The translations under genes and the position numbers were made by a program. Below, in pieces: positions 1 to 8,652 of a stretch of 64,000 nucleotides of DNA (its first letter is position 1; every line of letters begins with the position of its first letter). The notes beneath the pieces are model-generated. The model worked only from the letters and a program-made list of their open reading frames with translations, was not told where the DNA came from and searched no databases. Source of the stretch: an uncultured Spirochaetota bacterium (lineage in GTDB: Bacteria; Spirochaetota; Spirochaetia; SZUA-6; CAVTHK01); assembly GCA_963734495.1 (NCBI GenBank), contig CAVTHK010000016.1, forward strand, positions 264,133-328,132. Direction: 5' to 3'.

Positions 1-104
1 AGGGTCAAGCACATTGGAGAGCGCTCTGGAATTCGCTTTCGCGTTCATTCTTGGCCTTTCCGACTATTCCGGCTACACTGGCGGCTACACGGAGGAGGCC
101 CATC

Positions 105-623
105 ATGGCTTTCTCGGAATCCCTGAGGCTCGACGTGAAGCGGCGAGCAGCCTTTCAGTGCTACCGATGTCGGAGCATCAGTGTCCAGGTCCACCATATA
201 GTCCCACAGGCCGAGGGGGGAGACGACACGCTCGACAACGCTGCACCGCTGTGCCCCAGCTGCCACGCCCTCGTCGGAAACGATCGGCTCAAGCGGAAGG
301 AGATTCGCCAGATGAGGGACTGGTGGTACGAGAAGTGTGCGCCGCAATATGGATCTCAACCGCAACTTTTGGGATACCTCGAGAAGCTCAACGAAACCGT
401 ATCGTCTCTGGCCGATCGCCAGAAACGTCAGCACGAAGCGATCGGTGAGCTGAAGCGGGAGCTCATTGTGCTGATTGACAGCCAGGCTACTCGCGATCGG
501 CATGTGGCGAAGGAGGCCGCTCGGCTCCGACATAAGACGAACGCGATCACCGTCCGCGACGCCATTGCGGTGGCGAGCGACGTGGTGTCCACAAGCACCG
601 GCACATTTGGCGGGAGGGGATGA
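105..623 (+). CDS. HNH endonuclease with C-terminal coiled-coil
   Basis: CxxC..VHHIVP..GG..N..LCxxCH (HNH/McrA-type motif). GGAGG RBS at 91-98 precedes ATG 105. Confidence 0.85.
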   Translation: MAFSESLRLDVKRRAAFQCYRCRSISVQVHHIVPQAEGGDDTLDNAAPLCPSCHALVGNDRLKRKEIRQMRDWWYEKCAPQYGSQPQLLGYLEKLNETVSSLADRQKRQHEAIGELKRELIVLIDSQATRDRHVAKEAARLRHKTNAITVRDAIAVASDVVSTSTGTFGGRG

Positions 624-626
624 GGA

Positions 627-1604
627 ATGGCAGACTTGTCTTTCCCTCAGCGATTTGGCCTTCATGAAGGTCGTCCCATCGATGACGAGTTCCCGCAGGC
701 CTCTCGAACTGGCCTCATGTATGTACTGCAACAGTTTGTAGAGGATGGCCTGATTAAGCGGGACGAGGACGGGTATGCCTGGCGCTTCGTGATGATCGAG
801 ATGCTCAGGTCAAGCAAGATTCCGTTTCGCACGGTGGACCAGGCGAACCCGAAAGCCTGTAACGAGCTGCTCGCGTCGATGGAATGGCCTGACGTCTATG
901 TGTTCTGCGAACGCGTTTTCAGCTCGCTGCTGACAGAGAAAACGCAGTACCACGATGGCGATACCCTGATCGTTGTTTCGCTGGACCAGGTCAGACAGCG
1001 TTTTGTTTCAGAGGTAAACACTTTGCTAAGCGAGAGCAACCTCGCCTATGTCTTCAGGAGCGGACGCTTCGAAAGACCGGGCCGTCCACAGACTCAGCGC
1101 AACGTGGCAAGGGCTCAGGCTGTTCTGGCCGATCCAGCTCTCCATGCTGCTCGAGAGCACTACGCCAAGGCCCACCGTTTCTTCGGCGAACGCGCCCCTG
1201 ATTTCGAGAATTCCGTCAAGGAGGCGATCTGCGCGCTTGAAGCAGCACTTGAGGTCAAGAGCGGGAAGCGGGTTTCGGCGGACTTCGAGAGAGAAGTTGC
1301 GAAGCTTTCCGGGCCGGAACCTGACAAGATACCTCCTCCGATAGCCCAAGCCATGGTTAAGATCCATGCGTACCGCGGCGGCGGAAAGGGAGTGTCTCAT
1401 GGCAACACTGGAGGCCTCAAGGTCACTAGACACGAGGCCGAGCTAGTCCTCAGCGCAGCCGCGGCGTTCGTCACCTACGTGGTCGACTTCTACGAAAGCC
1501 AGGAGTCCGAGGCGCCATTCTCAGCAAGGAACCCCCGCCGTGGACGGGCTCGCCCTCGTCCCGCTGGACTCGGCACCTTAATTGCCGATGGACACACTGG
1601 ATGA
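627..1604 (+). CDS. AbiJ-like abortive infection family protein (AbiJ-NTD4-like N-terminus, HEPN-like C-terminus)
   Basis: N-terminal SFPQRFG. C-terminal SVKEAICALEA and YRGGGKGVSHG (R-x7-H, slightly longer than canonical HEPN Rx4-6H). Starts 3 nt after the HNH stop. Confidence 0.65.
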   Translation: MADLSFPQRFGLHEGRPIDDEFPQASRTGLMYVLQQFVEDGLIKRDEDGYAWRFVMIEMLRSSKIPFRTVDQANPKACNELLASMEWPDVYVFCERVFSSLLTEKTQYHDGDTLIVVSLDQVRQRFVSEVNTLLSESNLAYVFRSGRFERPGRPQTQRNVARAQAVLADPALHAAREHYAKAHRFFGERAPDFENSVKEAICALEAALEVKSGKRVSADFEREVAKLSGPEPDKIPPPIAQAMVKIHAYRGGGKGVSHGNTGGLKVTRHEAELVLSAAAAFVTYVVDFYESQESEAPFSARNPRRGRARPRPAGLGTLIADGHTG

Positions 1605-1780
1605 ACGAAGAAAGCAAGGCGAGAGATCGAGGAGGGCAGCCAGCTCCTTTCGAACGATTTGAGCAGCCGCGGAATAGCCTTCCTACTCGCGAACGTTGCT
1701 GCAATGGCGGGTGCGGGATAGATCTCTAGTCCGAGAGGACTACTCCGAGGGGTCTCCGACACCGTCGGCGGAGCGTTGAT

Positions 1781-2848
1781 GTGGCCGATACCGTCACCTA
1801 TCGGCAGGCCGTCACCACGATGATCACATACATCGGGATGGACCCTGCGATCTACTGGCGCGCACGCGAAGGCACGTTAGGCGAGCGAATAGGCTTGGGC
1901 CCTAGGCTGAGGGTCGACCGGCGCCAAGCTGCACGTCTTGTCGAGGTACTCCGGCAATATGTCTCTGACGTTGAGTCGGGGCGGCTGGCCGTTGCGGGGG
2001 GAGCCCACCTGCTGGAGAAATACGTCTTCCTCGGAGAGTACGAGAAAGCGCTGGGGTTGGCCAGAGACGATCGTGTTTTCGACATCCGGATGGCGATGAA
2101 ACGACCGCTGGGCTTGGACATAGAGGGCCACGAATGCGCGACCATGTTCAGAGCGCATTCTGGCGCGTGGCAAGTGGATCTGAACGACGACGATTTCCAA
2201 GCGTTTATTGACATACAGGTGGCCTCATGGCGTGAGTTGGCCGGCGGGAACTTCATAGCTTTCGAAGAGAAGTGGCTCTACAGGACTATCGATTCCAGGC
2301 CAAAGCAAGTAGCTGAATACGTGACCCTCGTCCCGCCGATCGAGGGGTTGGTCGGCAGGAGAGGAAACACGATGGTTCTCCGATACTACGACCACATGGA
2401 ACAGTGCTTGTCCGAGCTCGGCGTTTCGCGACTGGCGGAGACTGTCCGACAGTTTGCGAACGCGCAGCGGACAAGAAAGGGTCTCCCGCGGATAGGCGAA
2501 GGCTGGGTGTCGGAGACCGCACTCTATCAGTCCATCAAAGCGAGATTCCCGGCTCTGAAGATCGTGCAGCACGCTCGGCCTATGTGGCTTGAACCGCAGC
2601 ACATAGATGTGTTCTTGCCCGAGATAGAGTTGGCGGTCGAGTATCAGGGCAAGCAGCAGCACGATCAACCTCTGAAGTACTTTGGCGGCAAGAAAGCACA
2701 TGCAGCGCAGCGGAAGCGAGATGCCCGCAAGAAATCTCTTTGTCAAGAACACGGCGTCCTACTGCTCGAAGTTGTTCCCTACTACGACTTCGAACAAGTA
2801 GCCGCGCAAATCGCGGACAGAATCCGTACGCACGGAATCGTCAAGTAG
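1781..2848 (+). CDS. Hypothetical protein with C-terminal PD-(D/E)XK/DUF559-like nuclease domain
   Basis: GEGWVSETALY...QHIDVFLPEIELAVEYQGKQQH...RDARKKSLC motif. N-terminal region not recognised. Confidence 0.65.
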   Translation: MADTVTYRQAVTTMITYIGMDPAIYWRAREGTLGERIGLGPRLRVDRRQAARLVEVLRQYVSDVESGRLAVAGGAHLLEKYVFLGEYEKALGLARDDRVFDIRMAMKRPLGLDIEGHECATMFRAHSGAWQVDLNDDDFQAFIDIQVASWRELAGGNFIAFEEKWLYRTIDSRPKQVAEYVTLVPPIEGLVGRRGNTMVLRYYDHMEQCLSELGVSRLAETVRQFANAQRTRKGLPRIGEGWVSETALYQSIKARFPALKIVQHARPMWLEPQHIDVFLPEIELAVEYQGKQQHDQPLKYFGGKKAHAAQRKRDARKKSLCQEHGVLLLEVVPYYDFEQVAAQIADRIRTHGIVK

Positions 2849-2967
2849 GCTCACAACCCCTCTTCATTCTTGCGTTTCAGTCGAGACCATCATCGTCCTG
2901 CCCTAGACGCGTTTGCTGGTGATCCACACGATGGCTTAGAATGGGCGCGAGAGAGGTGGAGATAACA

Positions 2968-4749
2968 ATGAGGCGAAGACTGGCAGCCCTCACGCTACTT
3001 CTGGTGGCCAGCGCTCTCTCTGGCGGGCCCGTGGAGGACGCCCAAGCCGCCTACGACCTGGGCGACTACGCTGCCGCGATGCAGTTGTGCCTCCCACTCG
3101 CCGAGAAAGGCAACGCTGAAGCTCAGTACAACGTCGGCCGTATGTACTTCAAAGGCGAGGGCGTGGCCCAAGAGTACGCCGAGGCGAAGAAGTGGTGGCT
3201 CCAGGCTGCCACCCAGGGGCTCCCGATTGCCCAGTACTGCCTGGGCTTGATGTACGCTGACGGTCAAGGCGTGGCCCAAGACTACCTCACGGCTGCGTTT
3301 TGGTTTCGCGGTGCAGCCAATCAAGGTAACGTGCACGCGCAGGCGGCACTTGGCTATCTCTACTACAACGGGTTGGGTCTCGCTTGCGACTATGTCGAGG
3401 CCGCGAAATGGTACCGCAAAGCTGCAGAACAGGGCGTTGCGACAGCGCAGAGCGACCTCGGGCTTATGTACGAACTCGGACGGGGTGTGTCTCAGGACTA
3501 CACCGAGGCGGTCAAATGGTACCGCAAGGCGGCCGAACAGGGAGAAGCATTTGGGCAACTACGGCTCGGCCTGATGTACTACGAGGGCCGGGGCGGCGTG
3601 CCTCGCCTCTACACTGAAGCCGCAAGGTTGTACAAACTCTCCGCCGAGCAGGGCAATCCATTTGCCCAACTTAACCTCGCGTGGAGCTACCTTGACGGCA
3701 AGGGCGTACCCCAGAACCGGTCCGAAGGAATAAGGTCGTACGAGTTGGCGACCCAGCAAGACTGGCTATTGGCTTCTTTCGCCCAAACGAGCCTTGGCAA
3801 TATCTACGCCAAGGCGAGTGATTATGCCAACGCGATAAGGTGTTACAACCTGGCCGCTGATCGAGGCTGGGGGGAGGCCCAACTCAATCTGGGTGATATC
3901 TACGCCGAAGGCAGAGGCGTTCCGCAGGACCTTGCTGAAGCCCACAAATGGTACAACTTGGCGGCGGCTTCAAATTACTTTGGGGCGGCTGCGCGCCGAG
4001 ATGGCATTGCCGCAAAGATGACTCAGGAACAACTGGCTGAGGCCGAGAAACGCGCACTGGTGTGGAAGCCGTGGACGCATACGGTCAATATCACGGTCGC
4101 CACCGATGCGACGTGGCCGCCGATGGAATTCGTCAACGGCGCTAAGGAGATCGTCGGCTTCGACATCGACCTGATGAAGGCCGCGGCCAAGGCGGGCGGC
4201 TTCCAGGTGGAGTTCAAGAACACGGCGTGGGACGGCATCTTTGCCGGTCTCGCCAACGGCGAGTACGACGCGGTGATCTCTTCGGTGACCATCACCGAAG
4301 AGCGTAAGCAGACGATGGACTTCTCGGTTCCGTACATCAACGCGGGGCAGGTGCTCGTGGTGCGCTCGGACTCCAGAGCGGCGAAGCTCGCCAACCTCAC
4401 CGGTAAGAACGTCGGCGCCCAAATCGGCACCACCGGGGCCGTCGAGGTCGAGAAGGTCAAGGGCGTGACGCTCAAGACCTATGACGAGCTCGGGCTGGCC
4501 ATCGAGGACCTCTCGACCGCGCGCATCGACGCCGTGGTCTGCGACAGCCCGATCGCGGCGAACTACGTCCTTCAGAACCCGACCTACAGGGGCAGGCTCA
4601 AAATCGTCGGTCAGCCGTTCACGCAGGAGCTCTACGGTGTTGCGGTCAGGAAGGGAAACACCAAGGCGCTCGAGGAGATCAATGCTGGCCTGAGGAAGGT
4701 GCTCGAGTCTCCCGAGTATCAGCGGATCAAGACAAAGTGGCTCCCGTGA
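2968..4749 (+). CDS. Secreted Sel1-repeat protein fused to an amino-acid ABC substrate-binding domain (SBP_bac_3)
   Basis: Signal peptide MRRRLAALTLLLVA. About 9 Sel1 repeats (AQxxLGxMYxxGxGVxQDYxEAxKWYRKAAEQG), then ITVATDATWPPMEF...GFDIDL...GAQIGTTG SBP domain in the same frame. Confidence 0.85.
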   Translation: MRRRLAALTLLLVASALSGGPVEDAQAAYDLGDYAAAMQLCLPLAEKGNAEAQYNVGRMYFKGEGVAQEYAEAKKWWLQAATQGLPIAQYCLGLMYADGQGVAQDYLTAAFWFRGAANQGNVHAQAALGYLYYNGLGLACDYVEAAKWYRKAAEQGVATAQSDLGLMYELGRGVSQDYTEAVKWYRKAAEQGEAFGQLRLGLMYYEGRGGVPRLYTEAARLYKLSAEQGNPFAQLNLAWSYLDGKGVPQNRSEGIRSYELATQQDWLLASFAQTSLGNIYAKASDYANAIRCYNLAADRGWGEAQLNLGDIYAEGRGVPQDLAEAHKWYNLAAASNYFGAAARRDGIAAKMTQEQLAEAEKRALVWKPWTHTVNITVATDATWPPMEFVNGAKEIVGFDIDLMKAAAKAGGFQVEFKNTAWDGIFAGLANGEYDAVISSVTITEERKQTMDFSVPYINAGQVLVVRSDSRAAKLANLTGKNVGAQIGTTGAVEVEKVKGVTLKTYDELGLAIEDLSTARIDAVVCDSPIAANYVLQNPTYRGRLKIVGQPFTQELYGVAVRKGNTKALEEINAGLRKVLESPEYQRIKTKWLP

Positions 4750-4880
4750 AGGCCGGACCCGTCCTCGCCGGGACCGGAAGCCTGTTCGATGTGCTGCGCC
4801 CGTGTCGCTATGCCGCAGGCGGGGCAGTTTTCTCCGATTTGTGGGGGAATCTGATGCCTCCGCCTCCGCGCCGTGTGTCT

Positions 4881-5171
4881 TCACGGCTGCGGCCCTGACC
4901 GCCTGAATTCGCCGGGCCTGCTCCTCGGTCCGAGGGCCGCCCGTTGGGCCGCAGCTCCATGCTCTTTCGGTGTCAGCGCCCCGTAGCGAAGCCCGAGCGC
5001 GAGCTCCGTGTAGCGAGCGGCGACGGCCAGACGCTTGGCCCTCGACAGCCGGCACCGGCGCTCTGGATCGTCGGGATGGGCCTCGAGCGGCTCCTGGTAG
5101 CCCGGGTGCAGCGGGCAGTTGTTGACCGCGCAAGTCTTGAACCGCGGGCAGGCTTCGGATAGTTGAGTCAC
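4881..5171 (-). CDS. Small Cys-rich hypothetical protein (CPRFxxCxxxxCPLHP), possible metal binder
   Basis: GAGG RBS upstream. ATGA overlap with the upstream gene. Cys cluster. Confidence 0.55.
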   Translation of the reverse strand: MTQLSEACPRFKTCAVNNCPLHPGYQEPLEAHPDDPERRCRLSRAKRLAVAARYTELALGLRYGALTPKEHGAAAQRAALGPRSRPGEFRRSGPQP

Positions 5172-5377
5172 TCGTTAACCTCTGTCTTCTCGAGCAGGCC
5201 GGTCACGGCGCAGCGGAGGGACACGCCCTGCTCGGCGCAGGCTCGCTCGAGCGCCTCGCCGAGTTCGGGCGGGAGGTTGAGGTTCACGATGGGATCCGTC
5301 CTTGCGCTTTCCGCCAAGGGAACGTCGACCAGGTCGCCGGCGGCCTCCACGGCTCGGCGAACGGCACCCGGCGTCAA
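5168..5377 (-). CDS. Putative ribbon-helix-helix (CopG-like) DNA-binding protein; start uncertain
   Basis: IVNLNLPPELGEALERACAEQGVSLRCAVTGLL fits the beta-alpha-alpha RHH pattern. Stop overlaps the next start. Confidence 0.5.
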   Translation of the reverse strand: MTPGAVRRAVEAAGDLVDVPLAESARTDPIVNLNLPPELGEALERACAEQGVSLRCAVTGLLEKTEVNE

Positions 5378-5400
5378 GAGATTTGAGCATCCGAGCCGAA

Positions 5401-5440
5401 TTGTCCGCTGTTGTGCGCTGTTGCGCGCTGTTGCGCCGTG
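5401..5440. repeat. Four degenerate 10-bp tandem repeats
   Basis: ttgtccgctg ttgtgcgctg ttgcgcgctg ttgcgccgtg. Confidence 0.8.
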
Positions 5441-5576
5441 GGTTCGCTCGTACGATGATGCCCGCACAGCGGTGTCGTTCCCCTGAAACTGCGCGGCTCC
5501 TGTTGCGGCGGGGCTGCGGTCGGGCCAGCGAAGGGTCGCCTGGGGCCCTTCCTCGTGCCGACCCCAGCGAGGACGA

Positions 5577-5673
5577 CTCAGGGCAAAAGGGAGGCCCATG
5601 GCAGGCGCACTCGCTTGCCACGGTACACAGCGATGGGCAGGTGGAGTGCTGCCCGACGCTCCCCGCACCCGAG
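5577..5673 (-). ncRNA. Candidate structured RNA / leader (three-way junction with complementary loops)
   Basis: Hand-folded stems P1/P2/P3, loops CACUCCAC and AGUG. TATAAT (minus strand) at 5677-5682 immediately upstream. Confidence 0.35.
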
Positions 5674-5782
5674 CTGATTATATGAAGACGCTGCGCCCCT
5701 GAAGACTGAGAGCAGCTTGCCGGTCACGCTGGTGAACCGCGATAATCTTCCGTGACTCCGCAGCAACTCTCGGGGGACAACC

Positions 5783-6145
5783 ATGGCAACGTTGGTGGAA
5801 CGCGCAACAGTCATCCTGGCGGCCGGCAACATGCCGAAGAGGATCGAGGAGCTCGTCGGGCGCGTCAACACTGGGACAGGCGACCTTAGCATCGCGCACA
5901 TGCGCAGCCCGTCCGGATGGGTCGAGCCGGGACAGACGCCCGAGTTCGCGGAATACTCGGTCGTGCTTGCGGGCACCCTGCGGGTGACGACGCGCCAAGG
6001 TGTCGTCGACGTCCGCGAAGGGCAGGCGGTGATGGTGTCGGCGGGAGAGTGGGTTCAGTACAGCACTCCGTTTCCTTCCGGAGCTGACTACCTGTCTGTC
6101 TGCATCCCCGCGTTCTCGCCGGAATCGGTGCACCGGGACGCGTGA
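5783..6145 (+). CDS. Cupin domain protein
   Basis: IEELVGRV..SIAHMRSPSGWVEPGQTPEFAEY..YSTP small cupin pattern. Confidence 0.85.
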   Translation: MATLVERATVILAAGNMPKRIEELVGRVNTGTGDLSIAHMRSPSGWVEPGQTPEFAEYSVVLAGTLRVTTRQGVVDVREGQAVMVSAGEWVQYSTPFPSGADYLSVCIPAFSPESVHRDA

Positions 6146-6277
6146 GGCATGCGGTCACCGCCTGCCGCCCGCAACGCCCGCGCCCGCTGCGTTCCCCGCA
6201 AGAAGGTCGAATCGCGCTGGCCCAAGTAGTGGCCCGAAAACATCAGGGCCGGGCGGCTCAATCGAGGAGGCAGTCGC

Positions 6278-7363
6278 ATGGAAGCCGATGTCTACCGTGA
6301 TCTGGCCGAGCACCTCGATCGCCTTGGAGGCCTGCCTCCGAGCGAGACCGGGGCGGAGATCCCGATGCTCCGGGCCTTGTTCACGCCCGAGGAGGCCGCC
6401 CTGGCGATCAGGCTGACGCCGAGGCCGGAAACGGCGGCCGCCATCGCGGGCAGGACCGGGATCGACGCCGCGGCGGTCGAAACGAGCCTGGAGGCCATGG
6501 CGCAGAAGGGACTCGTCTTCGACGTTCGTCCGGCAGCGGGGGCGCCCCTGTACCAGGCCGTGCCGTGGGTCGTCGGCGTATGGGAGTTCCAAGTCGATAA
6601 CCTGAGCAAGCGGCTGGTCGACCTGGTCGCAGAGTACAACAGGACCAGGCCGAAGGGCGCCCGGCCGCCAACAGCCGGCCAGATGCGGGTGATCCCTTCG
6701 GTAGCCAGCGTCGAGATCCGGCCCGTCGCGCTCCCTTACGAGATGGCGGACAAACTGGTGGAAGCGCACACCCGATTCGCCGTGGCGCCCTGCATATGCC
6801 GCCGCAGGGCCAGGCTGCAGGGGCAGGGCTGCGACGTTCCGGACGAGTCGTGCCTGCTCTTCGGCGAGTTTGCCGATTTCTATGTCCGCACCGGCCGAGC
6901 GAGACCGCAAACCCGCGAACAGATCATGGAGCGCCTGAGGCGGGCAGACGAGTCGAACCTCGTTCTCTCGCCGAGCAACTCGAAACGCATCTCGTTCATC
7001 TGCTGCTGCTGCGGGTGCTGCTGCGGAGTGCTGCGCAGCCTCCGCCTTCGGCCTGATCCCGGCGACCTCATCGGCAGCCCGTTCATTGCCGCGCTCTCGG
7101 TCGACGACTGCACCGGATGCCTGACCTGTGTCGACCGGTGTCAGATGAAGGCTCTCGCCGCGGAAGCCGACAAAGTCAGGCTCGACCGCCGGCGATGCAT
7201 CGGCTGCGGGCTCTGCGCGTCGACCTGTCCCGCGGACGCCCTGCATCTGGAGCGTCGCCGGCTGTCGACGCCTGCGGAAATGCCGGCCGACCTCGCTGAG
7301 ACATGGCTGCAAGCCGCGCAGGCACACGGCTGGAAGGCGCAGGCCCGACAGGAGACGCCATGA
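6278..7363 (+). CDS. 4Fe-4S dicluster binding protein
   Basis: CICR, ICCCCGCCCG, and two CxxCxxCxxxC ferredoxin motifs. GAGGAGG RBS. Confidence 0.9.
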   Translation: MEADVYRDLAEHLDRLGGLPPSETGAEIPMLRALFTPEEAALAIRLTPRPETAAAIAGRTGIDAAAVETSLEAMAQKGLVFDVRPAAGAPLYQAVPWVVGVWEFQVDNLSKRLVDLVAEYNRTRPKGARPPTAGQMRVIPSVASVEIRPVALPYEMADKLVEAHTRFAVAPCICRRRARLQGQGCDVPDESCLLFGEFADFYVRTGRARPQTREQIMERLRRADESNLVLSPSNSKRISFICCCCGCCCGVLRSLRLRPDPGDLIGSPFIAALSVDDCTGCLTCVDRCQMKALAAEADKVRLDRRRCIGCGLCASTCPADALHLERRRLSTPAEMPADLAETWLQAAQAHGWKAQARQETP

Positions 7364-8130
7364 GGTACATCGATCCGCTCGTCATCATGCGCGCTCGGGC
7401 GCAGGGCGCGGCGCTCCCATCCTGGCAGGCCGCCGTGATCGTGTTCCACGGCCGGGCACGGTCGCGGGCCATCGTGGAGCGACTCGGCGGACGCCCAATG
7501 ACCCACACTGTCTTCGCCGGCCTGGAGCCCTCCGAGGTGCTGAGCACGACTTGCGGCGGCCGACCCGTGGGAATCCTTTGCAGTGTCGGCCGCCAGGCGG
7601 GCGGCGGGCCTCTCGCGGCGGCGCTCGTCGAGGAGCTCTCGTCTATCGGAGTCCGATGGATCCTGGGGCTGGGATGCGCCGGTTCGATCGACCCGTCCGT
7701 TCACCGCGGGTCTCAGTTCGTCATAGCGACGGCCCTCGCAACGGACGGCACGAGCCGAAGCTACCTCGGTACGGCCGCCGCAGCGACGCCGGACGAGACC
7801 ATGCTGCAGGCCGCGGCCGCGATCGAGAAGCGGCGCGGCCGCCCGATACCGAGGCTCACTGCCGCGACGGTCGACGCAATCTACCGCGAGACTCCGGAAG
7901 CCGTAGCCCGCTGGCGCGGAGCCGGCGCGCACATCATCAATATGGAGGCCGCGCCGCTCTATGCGGCCGCACAGGTCTGCGGTGCGCGTGCCCTCTACGT
8001 CGGGCATGTGAGCGACGAGCTGCACGGGCCCGAATGGAACGCCTGGTTCGGCGGCGACCGGGGCCCGATGGCCGCGGAGAGCGCGGACATCGCCGCCGGC
8101 ATCCTCGCGGAGGTGCTGGCCGGCGGATAG
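7360..8130 (+). CDS. Nucleoside phosphorylase family protein (PNP/UDP)
   Basis: GCAGSI, ATVDAIYRET, INMEAA, VSD motifs. ATGA overlap with the upstream gene. Confidence 0.85.
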   Translation: MRYIDPLVIMRARAQGAALPSWQAAVIVFHGRARSRAIVERLGGRPMTHTVFAGLEPSEVLSTTCGGRPVGILCSVGRQAGGGPLAAALVEELSSIGVRWILGLGCAGSIDPSVHRGSQFVIATALATDGTSRSYLGTAAAATPDETMLQAAAAIEKRRGRPIPRLTAATVDAIYRETPEAVARWRGAGAHIINMEAAPLYAAAQVCGARALYVGHVSDELHGPEWNAWFGGDRGPMAAESADIAAGILAEVLAGG

Positions 8131-8256
8131 CTGCTTGCCGTCGTCCCGCCGCAGGGTCATACTTTCCGCGTGATCGCGGCGAGACAGGGGGGCCATGACG
8201 GGTGAGTCGCTGCGCCGGCCGAGGGTCGTGGCGGCCCCGCGGCAAGGAGATGACGC

Positions 8257-8652
8257 ATGATGCTCGAGAAGACCGCGCACACGTTCGAGGTGCTGGATCT
8301 GCGATGCAGCAGGTGCGGGAAGAGCTTCCGGCACTACAGGCCGGAAGCGGAGATGGAGCACTGCGACTCGACGGTGTGCATATGCACCGGGTGCGGCAGG
8401 CTGTACTGCCTCAGCCTGTGGGAAGACGGCCCAACGCACCAGGTACTCAGGTCGATCCGCCGCGATTGCGGCGGCCGCCTCGAAGCGGAAGCCTCCATGA
8501 TCGCGAAGCTGCTCCCTCGCTGCGGCTGCGGGGCTCCGATCGCGGTCTATGGCGAGCTGTGTCCTTCGTGCGGATCGCACAACCACGTGACCATGGGGGT
8601 GACCATGGAAACGCACGACGTCTCGCCCCTCAGCCTCGCCGGGGGCGCGTGA
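8257..8652 (+). CDS. Cys-rich (Zn-ribbon-like) hypothetical protein
   Basis: CSRC, CICTGC, CGC, CPSC. AAGGAG RBS. Confidence 0.65.
   Translation: MMLEKTAHTFEVLDLRCSRCGKSFRHYRPEAEMEHCDSTVCICTGCGRLYCLSLWEDGPTHQVLRSIRRDCGGRLEAEASMIAKLLPRCGCGAPIAVYGELCPSCGSHNHVTMGVTMETHDVSPLSLAGGA

Noticed and set aside
1602-1720. TGA readthrough or selenocysteine extension of the AbiJ-like gene
   Set aside because: No Cys-equivalent catalytic context or convincing SECIS hairpin, and the downstream peptide is unrecognisable.
5461-5673. Large (Alu-containing) SRP RNA, purine riboswitch or ribozyme
   Set aside because: No SRP helix-8 CAGG..GNRA..AGCAG motif, purine-aptamer core, or hammerhead CUGANGA/GAAA core. 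Kept only as an unassigned structured RNA candidate.
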